Source of the DNA: Verrucomicrobiota bacterium
Lineage (GTDB): Bacteria; Verrucomicrobiota; Verrucomicrobiia; Limisphaerales; UBA9464
Length of the DNA stretch: 64,000 nucleotides
Assembly (NCBI GenBank): GCA_947454705.1
Contig: CANGKZ010000002.1
Coordinates: forward strand, 78,882-142,881
Direction of reading: 5' to 3'
In this document: piece after piece, positions 10,926 to 18,812 of the stretch
Layout: every line of letters starts with the position of its first letter
Position numbering within the stretch: the stretch's first letter is position 1
The notes under the pieces: generated by a model
Seen by the model: the letters and a program-made list of their open reading frames with translations, nothing else
Databases searched by the model: none
What the model was told of the DNA's origin: nothing
Program-made: the position numbers and the translations under genes

Positions 10926-12464
10926 ATGAATCCCAACTCCCCTTTTCATCGGTCCAGCGCTGCCTCAAATTCGGTACGCTTCGGCGCTCCGCAGAGTCGG
11001 CGCGAATTCCTGTGGCGGTCCGGCGGCGGGTTGGGAGGGATTGCGCTCGCCAGTCTGTTGGGAACCGAGGGCCTGCTGAATGCCGCGGCGGGCGGGTCCA
11101 AACCCCTCGGACATTCCAAACCGGCGCAGTTCCGTCCCAAGGCCAAGCGCGTGATCCAGATGTTCATGGGCGGCGCGGCGAGCCACCTGGATCTGTTCGA
11201 TTACAAACCGGAGTTGGTAAAGCGGGACGGGCAGAAGAGCGACTTCGGGGAACACGTGGAGGCGTTCCAGGACGGTCTTGGTCCGTGGATGAAACCGGTG
11301 TGGGAATTCCGCCGATACGGCCAATCGGGCCGCATGCTTTCGGAGGTGGTATCCGAATTGGGCAAGGTGGCGGACGAGCTCGCGTTCGTTCACAATCTGG
11401 TCGGAAAAACCGGCGTTCACAGCCAGGCGACCTACCTGCAATCGACCGGCTTTCAGCTTCCTGGGTTTCCCGGGATGGGATCGTGGGTCAGCTACGGGTT
11501 GGGCAGCGTGAACGACAATCTGCCCGCCTTTGTGGTGCTGCCGGATCACCGCGGGTTTGCCTCCAACGGCCCGAAGAATTGGGACTCCGCATTTCTGCCG
11601 GGGCAGCATGCGGGGACGATTCTCTATCCGGGCCGGCCGAATCCGATCACCGATTTGTTCCCCGGTCCTGCGGGCGATTTCGTGACGCCCGAGAGCGAGG
11701 TGGCGGCGCACGAGGTGCTGGCGCGGTTGAATCAATCGCATGCGCAGACTCGCGCGGCGGATTCCCGGCTGGAGGCGCGGATTCAGAGCTATGAACTCGC
11801 GGCCCGCATGCAGCTCGCAGCGCCCGAGGCGATGGACATCACCCGCGAGCCCGACTACCTGCTGGATCTGTACGGGATCCAACGCAACCCACCCACCTGG
11901 CCGAAGGAGATCAACGCCGAGGAGGAGATGGATTACTTCGGACGCAAGTGCCTGGTTGCGCGCCGGCTCATCGAGCGCGGGGTGCGGTTTGTCCAAATTT
12001 GGAGCGGCAACGACAATGGATTCCCGCGTCGGAACTGGGACTCGCACGAGGACATCCGGCGCGACCACGGTCCGCTGGCCATGGGCTTTGCGCGCGGCGC
12101 CTCGGCGTTGATCCAAGACTTAAAGCAGCGCGGGCTACTTGAAGACACGATCATTCTCTGGACCACCGAGTTTGGTCGCATGCCCAGTTCTCAAGGCGGC
12201 AAGGGGCGGGACCACAATCCGTACTGCTTCACCAACTGGCTCTGCGGCGGCGGCATCCGCGGCGGCGTGACGGCGGGGGAGAGTGATCCCTGGGGTTACA
12301 AGCCGCTGAACCGAAGCCAGCCGACCAACGTGCACGACATCCATGCCACGGTCCTGCACCTGCTGGGCATCGACCACACGCGTCTCACCTTCCGAAGCAA
12401 CGGACTCGACCGCCGCCTCACCGACGTGGAAGGCGAATTGATCCGCCCGCTGATCGGAGCGTGA
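10926..12464 (+). CDS. DUF1501 (sulfatase-fold) protein with a Tat leader
   Basis: It has SRREFLWRSGGGLGGIALASLLG, TTEFGRMP and GRDHNP. This is the canonical partner found immediately downstream of DUF1549/1553 genes in PVC genomes. Confidence 0.9.
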   Translation: MNPNSPFHRSSAASNSVRFGAPQSRREFLWRSGGGLGGIALASLLGTEGLLNAAAGGSKPLGHSKPAQFRPKAKRVIQMFMGGAASHLDLFDYKPELVKRDGQKSDFGEHVEAFQDGLGPWMKPVWEFRRYGQSGRMLSEVVSELGKVADELAFVHNLVGKTGVHSQATYLQSTGFQLPGFPGMGSWVSYGLGSVNDNLPAFVVLPDHRGFASNGPKNWDSAFLPGQHAGTILYPGRPNPITDLFPGPAGDFVTPESEVAAHEVLARLNQSHAQTRAADSRLEARIQSYELAARMQLAAPEAMDITREPDYLLDLYGIQRNPPTWPKEINAEEEMDYFGRKCLVARRLIERGVRFVQIWSGNDNGFPRRNWDSHEDIRRDHGPLAMGFARGASALIQDLKQRGLLEDTIILWTTEFGRMPSSQGGKGRDHNPYCFTNWLCGGGIRGGVTAGESDPWGYKPLNRSQPTNVHDIHATVLHLLGIDHTRLTFRSNGLDRRLTDVEGELIRPLIGA

Positions 12465-12508
12465 GATCCAGCCGCGCGCGAACTTCGCGCATGAACGCGA
12501 CGCGCGGC

Positions 12509-13246
12509 CTAGCTGGGCTGCAGCGATTCCAGATCGCAGCGACCGAGGATGGCGATGAGGTGACGGAGCTCCTCGTTCAATTCATCCGCGGTGACGGTGG
12601 CTGAGACTTCCCGGCGGAAGCAGGTGAAAAACTCCTCGCGGAGGGTGAAGACCAACTGCCGCACGTGATTGGGCTTGAGGTTCAATCGTGTGGCCGACGC
12701 CGCGTAGTCGCCGGCTTCCGGGGCTCCGAAGATGTGCGGCCGAAGTTCCGCGAAACGTTCGCCCCAGCCCTTTGCGCACCAATCTTGAGATAGAGCCGTG
12801 AGCGCGCTGACCGCCGCTGCTCGGGCGAAGGGTTCATCCAGGGACTGGGCGTCGCCCGCGATTTCCGGTGAAATGGAATCATCCCACGCGAGGATCTCGG
12901 CTTCGCCGCCGCGTTTGAGTGCATCCTGGCGACGCAGGTGATCCCGGAGGTGATTGCGCAGGCAGGTGCAGAGGAACACCCGGAAACGCGTGGTGGTGCG
13001 TGTGAAGCTCTTGAGCACCTCACCGGCCATCATTCGCTGGAGAAATTGCTGGGTGAGATCCTCGGCGTCGGGACGGGGGATGCGTCGCTGTTCAAGCCAT
13101 TGAAGGATGGCGCTGCGGTAGCGGGCCGCGAGTTCGCCGAGCTGATGCGATGAGTCGGAATCCTCCGCCCCGCCCGCCGATGCGGCGAGGATCAGCGTCC
13201 AGAGGGTTTCCGGAAATGGGTCCTGTTCCGAGGACTCAGGGGACAT
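12509..13246 (-). CDS. ECF-like sigma-70 family factor (Ser/Thr-kinase-linked type)
   Basis: It has a region-2-like DAEDLTQQFLQRMMAGEVLKSF...FRVFLCTCLRNHLRDHLRR and a C-terminal HTH-like LNLKPNHVRQLVFTLREEF. It lies directly downstream of the kinase gene on the same strand. Confidence 0.7.
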   Translation of the reverse strand: MSPESSEQDPFPETLWTLILAASAGGAEDSDSSHQLGELAARYRSAILQWLEQRRIPRPDAEDLTQQFLQRMMAGEVLKSFTRTTTRFRVFLCTCLRNHLRDHLRRQDALKRGGEAEILAWDDSISPEIAGDAQSLDEPFARAAAVSALTALSQDWCAKGWGERFAELRPHIFGAPEAGDYAASATRLNLKPNHVRQLVFTLREEFFTCFRREVSATVTADELNEELRHLIAILGRCDLESLQPS

Positions 13247-13379
13247 TCGTGGAGCTTGATGATTTCGACGGAATCAGGCGATTCCCAAAATGGCACTGTG
13301 CGGGATCAACCGAGAAATGAAGTTTGAGCCGCAGATGGAAGTGGAGGGAGGCAGATGAAGCTGCATCCAGTGTGGTTCA

Positions 13380-13422
13380 ACGGGGCGGCTTCAGAATCGA
13401 CATTTGGATCGCCGCCCCGTTG
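13380..13422 (-). other. 11-bp GC-rich stem-loop between the kinase and sigma genes
   Basis: AACGGGGCGGC-(21 nt)-GCCGCCCCGTT starts 15 nt after the kinase stop codon on the minus-strand transcript. No U-tract follows. Confidence 0.35.
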
Positions 13423-13436
13423 TCGTTCTGAAGGCT

Positions 13437-16400
13437 CTATTTTCGGAGTTGATCGAGATCCAGTGCCCTCCGTTCGAGGGCGCGGGCCTGGGCTTCAAAC
13501 CAGGGCTTGGTTTGTTTCGACTCGATGCGAACGGCCTTTGCCAGGGAACGATACGCGTCCGGATCCTCGAGACCGGCGAGAATCGCGAGGCGGATTCGGT
13601 ATTCGCTGGTGGGTTCCGTCAGGCGGACCAGGACGGTTTCCATCGGCGTCGAGCGATTCAGCGAAATGGTCCGTTGCCTCCGTGCGAGAAGCCAGTGGGC
13701 CCAGCGGATCCAATCGGTTTCCGTCCCCATGGATTGTATGCGGTCGCAGAGATGAAAGAATTCTTCCGGCGAAACGGGTGTTTCGTTGTCCGCGGAGTCG
13801 AGCGCGAATCCGGCGATGCCCTCCGCGAGATCCAAAAACCAACCGGGCGCGGGACCCTCGATCTGAACATTCTCCCAGAGGTCGATGCGATCGCACATAC
13901 CGGCTACGGCGATCGTTTTGCTGCGCGCGCTGTACGAGACGGCACGGGCGGCCTCGGGATAGGGAAAGGGTTCAGTCATCGCCTCCCCGAAAGAGCCGGA
14001 CCAAATTTGGGAGGAGTTGTCGATGGTGGCGACGCAAAGCCGGTCGGTGTCCAGAAACACACCGCCCGAAACCTCCCGGCCGGGCAGGAACCAGGGACCC
14101 GCCGGAGTGCCATCGGTGGAATTCCACACGCGCGCCTGGTGATCAAAGGTGCCGCTGAACCACTGCGGGGCGTGCGGCGATCGGACCGCGGTGTTGATTC
14201 CGTCGGTATGGGCCTGTCGCTGCAGGACCCGGCCATCGAGGGTGGACCAAACCTGGAGCAGCCCGTCCCCGCCGAAGGAGGCGGCGGTCCGACCATCGCT
14301 TCCGAACGCCAAGCCTGTGATAAGAAAATCGTGCCTCGGAAGTTCGTGCTGGAGGGCCTTTTGCTTGAGGTCCCACTGCTGAACGAATCCCTCCTCATCA
14401 CCCATCGCCACCGCCGATTCCGAAGGGTCAATGGCTACGGCGAGAATGTGGGATTTACGAGTGCTCAGGGAACAGATCGCACGACCATCCGAAAGGGAGA
14501 ACACCTCCAAGGATCCGTCGTCGCAGCCGCAGACACCCAACGTGGCGCCGAGATCGAGCGCGGACGATGCAATGCGCAAGCCGTTGTCCGGGTCATATTT
14601 GTTTCCCGATTTCACCGGACGCTCCCAAGCGATCCGGGCGACGTTGGTAGAAGATCTATCGATCGTGATACAGACGATGCGGCGTCCATCCACGATGCCG
14701 ATCAAACTCCGTGAGTCTGTTGTCCAAATGAGGGGGGTGCAGATTCCCCTTAAATTAAGACGAAGTGGGTTGGCTTCGGGTTCGTTGGCGTCCCAGAGAT
14801 GAAGCGTTCCAGACTCCGAGGTTGCGGCGAGATGCCGCCCGTCGGGGGAATAGTGAACGGCGTCCACGATGCCCTCAATGGGGTGGATGAGCGGGAGGTG
14901 ACGCGGTCCGGAGATGTTCCAGAGGCGGGCTTTTCCGTCGGAACACGCGGTGAGGAGTTTGCGCCCATCGGGGCTGAAACGGATCGCCCGGATCCGATTC
15001 GGATGCGCCATCGGCTCGGTGAGCAACGTGCCCTGGGTTGCATCGCGTATTTCAACATTGCCATCGAAGTATCCCAGCGCGACGCGCAGGCCAGAGGGAT
15101 CATACTCGATTCGTGTGATGCGGTGTCGCAGCGGAATGGAGGCGACGCTGGAAAGCCCGGTGGGAACATCCTGGATCTGCATCCGGAAGGCGACCTCGGC
15201 GAGCGTGATCTGACGGCCATCCGGGGAAACCGCGCCCGCGGTGAAGGCGGATCCGATCTGAAACGGGGCCTCGGTCCAAACGTTGGAGGAACCGTCGTAT
15301 CGAAACAGGCTGCGATGCGGTCCCACGCCGGCGACCCAGGATCGGTCGGCGGGTGCCAACAGCGTGCGAACGGGAAGCGCGGGGGTTGAGGTAAGGGGCT
15401 GGATGGAATCGGTGGCGGCGTTCCATCGTTGTAGGATTCCCTCCCGGTTGACGAACAATGCCGATGATCCATCGCGATCCAGCAACGCGGCGACCGCTCC
15501 AGCTTTGCGAATGCGGACGAATTGAAGCGAGGGAAGGGAGACAAGTGCCACCGACCCATCTTCTCCAACGACCAGCAAAGAGTGTTGGTCGTTCGCGGCC
15601 TCAAAGGTGGCGCCATCGAACGGAAGGGTGAGGGACGCCACGGGGTTGGTGTTTCCCGCGCTCCAAAGTCGGATCGTGCGAGTCGAGGCAGAGAGGATCG
15701 AGCGATTCGTTCGATTGTGGTAACGCGTCCAGCGAATGGATTCGCCATGGTGAAGCGTGGGACCGGTTGATTGTCCACCAGCTGCAGACCAGGTTCGCAC
15801 GGTGCCGTCGCGTGAGGCGGTGAGGATTTCCGTTCCATCGGCGGAGAACTCCGCAGCCTCCAGGATTCCGCCGTGCGCCATCGGGAGCGTGGCGGGGAAA
15901 ATCCAGGGGCGCATCTCCATGACTGACACCGCCCGGGACTTTGCAATGGGGTCGGATGGATTCCTCCGCAGCACCTTTGCGAGCCGGGCGAGTCCTGCGG
16001 CGGAGTTGCCGCTGCGGAGGAGTTCATCGGCGAGACGCCGCTCCTTGGTCGCGGTTTCGGCGCGAAGCGTGGAGGCGGCCATTAATGCCTCCTGGCTTCG
16101 CAGCTCCGCTTGTCGCCAGCCCCAAGCAGTGCTTCCGGCGACGGCCACAAGGGCAACGGCGAGGGCCGAGAGTCCGCCCGCACGAATTGGATGACGGTGC
16201 GCCCAGGAGACCAATCGCTCGCCGAAGGGACGTGGACGCGCGATCACTGGTTCGCCCCGGAGGAATCGATCCAGGTCCGCAGCCAGATCGGCCGCGGATG
16301 GGTACCGGGCATCGGAATCTTTTTCGAGGCACTTCAGGCAAATCGCATCGAGATCGGCTGGAATGCCGGATCGTGCCACCGAGGAAGGAGGGGGCGGCGC

Positions 16401-17171
16401 CTCCTCGAGGACGGCGCGAAAGAGGGCCTGCAGGTCCGGCTTGGAAAATGGCAACCGGCCGGTCAACAGATGGTAGAGGGTTGCGCCGAGGCTGTAGATA
16501 TCGGCCGAGGTGGTCGCTTCGATCGCTCCGTGGCGGATGACTTCGGGGGCAAGATATCCCGGGGTGCCGATGAGTTGTCCGTGCGCAGTGAGTTCGGAGG
16601 GATTGCCCTGCAGCCGGGCAACGCCGAAGTCCGACAGGTGCGGCTCGCCCTGTTCGTCGAGCAGGATGTTGGCGGGCTTGATGTCGCGATGAATGAAGCC
16701 GCGCTCGTGGGCGTGTTGAGTCGCGCGTGCGATCTTCAGGAGGTGGCCGGCGATGACTCGCGGATCCGCGGAGCCGTCCTTGATCCGGTCGGCAAGACTG
16801 CCCCCGGGCATGAGCGTCATGGCGAGGAACCACTGTCCGTCGGACTCCCCCACCTCGAGCACGGGGACAATGTTGGGATGGCGGAGTCGCGCCGAGGCCT
16901 CGGCTTCGCGCCGCATCCGTTCTCGAAGCATGGGATCGGACGCAGCTGCCGCGCGGGAAATTTTCACCGCCACGGGACGGTTCAGGGAGGTCTGCCTCGC
17001 CTGGTACACGACGCCCGATGCGCCCTCACCAATCCGGCTCAGGAGCACGTAGTCGCCAAACACTCTCCATCCATCACGCATCGAATGGAGCCCGTCCTTC
17101 GGTCGAACGAACGGATCCCCGGAAGAGAACGCAGCGTCCGCGTCCGAGTTAGAGCTCGAATCAAAATCCAT
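13437..17171 (-). CDS. Ser/Thr protein kinase with one TM segment and a long WD40 beta-propeller region
   Basis: ORF 13437..17294 trimmed to ATG 17171 (MDFDSSSN). Hanks motifs present are GEGASGVVYQA, AVK, HRDIKPANILL, DFG and GTPGYLAPE. A TM helix (GGLSALAVALVAVAGSTAWGW) follows, then many repeats of the form SPDG..LA/T.S.DG..RLW/VW. Confidence 0.9.
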   Translation of the reverse strand: MDFDSSSNSDADAAFSSGDPFVRPKDGLHSMRDGWRVFGDYVLLSRIGEGASGVVYQARQTSLNRPVAVKISRAAAASDPMLRERMRREAEASARLRHPNIVPVLEVGESDGQWFLAMTLMPGGSLADRIKDGSADPRVIAGHLLKIARATQHAHERGFIHRDIKPANILLDEQGEPHLSDFGVARLQGNPSELTAHGQLIGTPGYLAPEVIRHGAIEATTSADIYSLGATLYHLLTGRLPFSKPDLQALFRAVLEEAPPPPSSVARSGIPADLDAICLKCLEKDSDARYPSAADLAADLDRFLRGEPVIARPRPFGERLVSWAHRHPIRAGGLSALAVALVAVAGSTAWGWRQAELRSQEALMAASTLRAETATKERRLADELLRSGNSAAGLARLAKVLRRNPSDPIAKSRAVSVMEMRPWIFPATLPMAHGGILEAAEFSADGTEILTASRDGTVRTWSAAGGQSTGPTLHHGESIRWTRYHNRTNRSILSASTRTIRLWSAGNTNPVASLTLPFDGATFEAANDQHSLLVVGEDGSVALVSLPSLQFVRIRKAGAVAALLDRDGSSALFVNREGILQRWNAATDSIQPLTSTPALPVRTLLAPADRSWVAGVGPHRSLFRYDGSSNVWTEAPFQIGSAFTAGAVSPDGRQITLAEVAFRMQIQDVPTGLSSVASIPLRHRITRIEYDPSGLRVALGYFDGNVEIRDATQGTLLTEPMAHPNRIRAIRFSPDGRKLLTACSDGKARLWNISGPRHLPLIHPIEGIVDAVHYSPDGRHLAATSESGTLHLWDANEPEANPLRLNLRGICTPLIWTTDSRSLIGIVDGRRIVCITIDRSSTNVARIAWERPVKSGNKYDPDNGLRIASSALDLGATLGVCGCDDGSLEVFSLSDGRAICSLSTRKSHILAVAIDPSESAVAMGDEEGFVQQWDLKQKALQHELPRHDFLITGLAFGSDGRTAASFGGDGLLQVWSTLDGRVLQRQAHTDGINTAVRSPHAPQWFSGTFDHQARVWNSTDGTPAGPWFLPGREVSGGVFLDTDRLCVATIDNSSQIWSGSFGEAMTEPFPYPEAARAVSYSARSKTIAVAGMCDRIDLWENVQIEGPAPGWFLDLAEGIAGFALDSADNETPVSPEEFFHLCDRIQSMGTETDWIRWAHWLLARRQRTISLNRSTPMETVLVRLTEPTSEYRIRLAILAGLEDPDAYRSLAKAVRIESKQTKPWFEAQARALERRALDLDQLRK

Positions 17172-17409
17172 GGGGCTGTGCCGTGGGGACGTCTCTCGAA
17201 AGCGCGGAGTTGGAACCTGAAGGCATCGGGATGAGGCCGGGGTGGTTGAGCGGGTTGGTGGCGAAATCCTGTCCCGATTTCCCGGGCTGATCAAGCCACC
17301 CCGCGGCAGCCGTTGGAAAAACTTGAGAGAAAAATTCTAACTGCACCAAAAAAGATGCGTTTGACCCGGTGGGAGCGGCATGTGGCCGCACCAGTCTTTC
17401 AAATCGTCC

Positions 17410-18681
17410 ATGAACCCCATTTCTCGAGTTGTTCTCTCCGCAGTGCTTGGTGCGCTGCTCGCGCAAGGTGCCCGCGCCGCCCTGGTTGTTCCCGGGGCGG
17501 ATGGGACTGACGGGGCCCTCAACATCACCAGCGACACGGTCATTGATCTGTCGCAGGCGGTGACGGCCAGCTGGGACACCGGCAATTCGGCGAACAGCGG
17601 CAGGGGCGTGTATGACGCGCAAAAGTGGGCCGTCGTGTTTAAGTACACCGACGTCAACATCGCCGCCGGCGCCACGGTAAGATTCAAGAATCACGCGAGT
17701 CGCGCCCCGGTGGTTTGGTTGGTTAGTGGGAATGTGACGATTGATGGAAATCTGGTTCTCACGGGGGAAAATTGGCGTCCCGCACCCCAACTGTCTGAGC
17801 CGGGTCCTGGTGGTTTTCGAGGAGGGCGTGCGGCGTCCTTTTATGGCGCAGGACAACAGAGTTCCGGATTTGGTCCGGGCGGTGGTGCTGATTTCACACA
17901 ATATGATGGATACGCTTATGAGGGCAGCGGTTCTTACGCAACCCGTGGGACACGGGGATCGGATCCCTATGGTAATCCCTCCCTTCTACCTTTAATTGGA
18001 GGCTCCGGAGGGGCTGGGCATTGGGGAGGATCCTATGGAGGAGCTGCTGGAGGGGGTGCCATCCTGATCGCGGTGCAAAATCAGCTGACCCTTCGAGGAT
18101 TCATCAACGCCGACGGGGGAACTGGCGCCGGAGGGACGACAGGCGGTCACGGTTCCGGAGGAGGAGTTCGACTGATCGCGGCTCGACTTTCCGGCTCCGG
18201 CAGCGGAATCCGTGCTGCGGCCTTCGGAGACGCTCAATCAAAGGGTGGAGACGGCCGTATCCGGGTGGAACGCGTCGCGAACGACGCCACGTTTTCCGTC
18301 GCACCCGACCCGAGCGTGATTGACCTTCAGGAGAACGCCACGGCCATCCTTTGGCCTCCTACCGGTGCTCCAGAAGTCCGGGTTCTTTCAGTAGGCGGTG
18401 TGAACACACCCGCAGATCCACGTGCCGAATTTGGTACTTTTGGTCCGGATATCGCCCTGCCGCAGGTGTCACAGACTCAGGTGCTGGTGGAGACGCGCTA
18501 CGTGGAGCAGGCCTCGCAGGTGAAGGTGCGCGTGACTCCGCGCTCGAATGGAAACTTCACGGAGGTGGCTGCGACAGTGGATTCCGTGGTCACCACGGAT
18601 CCGTTGGTGATTCGCTGGCGGGCTGATCTGCCGGTGAACATTGGTTACTCCGCAGTGCAGGTGAAGGTTGTCAGGCCTTGA
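17410..18681 (+). CDS. secreted glycine-rich beta-helix-like protein
   Basis: ORF 17380..18681; the likely start is ATG 17410 (MNPISRVVLSAVLGALLAQGARA signal peptide). It has AGATVRFKN...VVWLVSGNVTIDGNLVLTG, then GGSGGAGHWGGSYGGAAGGGAILIAV..LTLRGFINADGGTGAGGTTGGHGSGGGVRLIA..LSGSGSGIRA coils. Confidence 0.75.
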   Translation: MNPISRVVLSAVLGALLAQGARAALVVPGADGTDGALNITSDTVIDLSQAVTASWDTGNSANSGRGVYDAQKWAVVFKYTDVNIAAGATVRFKNHASRAPVVWLVSGNVTIDGNLVLTGENWRPAPQLSEPGPGGFRGGRAASFYGAGQQSSGFGPGGGADFTQYDGYAYEGSGSYATRGTRGSDPYGNPSLLPLIGGSGGAGHWGGSYGGAAGGGAILIAVQNQLTLRGFINADGGTGAGGTTGGHGSGGGVRLIAARLSGSGSGIRAAAFGDAQSKGGDGRIRVERVANDATFSVAPDPSVIDLQENATAILWPPTGAPEVRVLSVGGVNTPADPRAEFGTFGPDIALPQVSQTQVLVETRYVEQASQVKVRVTPRSNGNFTEVAATVDSVVTTDPLVIRWRADLPVNIGYSAVQVKVVRP

Positions 18682-18812
18682 TTTGAGGAAGTCCGCTCCG
18701 GCCTGAAATCGAATCAAAGTCCCGCAGTCCAACGCCGAGCTCCCAATCCTGAATGCTTCGGGAATTGCCCCCTGTTTCCCTGCAGTCGTGCCGTTCCGCG
18801 GATTCACGCCTC

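Noticed and set aside
12465-12508. Near-palindrome gcgcgaacttcgcgc between the convergent DUF1501 and sigma genes as a bidirectional terminator
   Set aside because: The stem would leave a loop of 1-3 nt and there is no flanking T/A tract. This is too weak to call.
17172-17409. Specific -35/-10 promoter assignment in the A/T-rich stretch ttggaaaaacttgagagaaaaattctaac
   Set aside because: Several alternative hexamer pairings (TTGGAA or TTGAGA with weak -10 candidates) fit equally poorly. Without a known consensus for this phylum or for the adjacent ECF sigma, no promoter was called.
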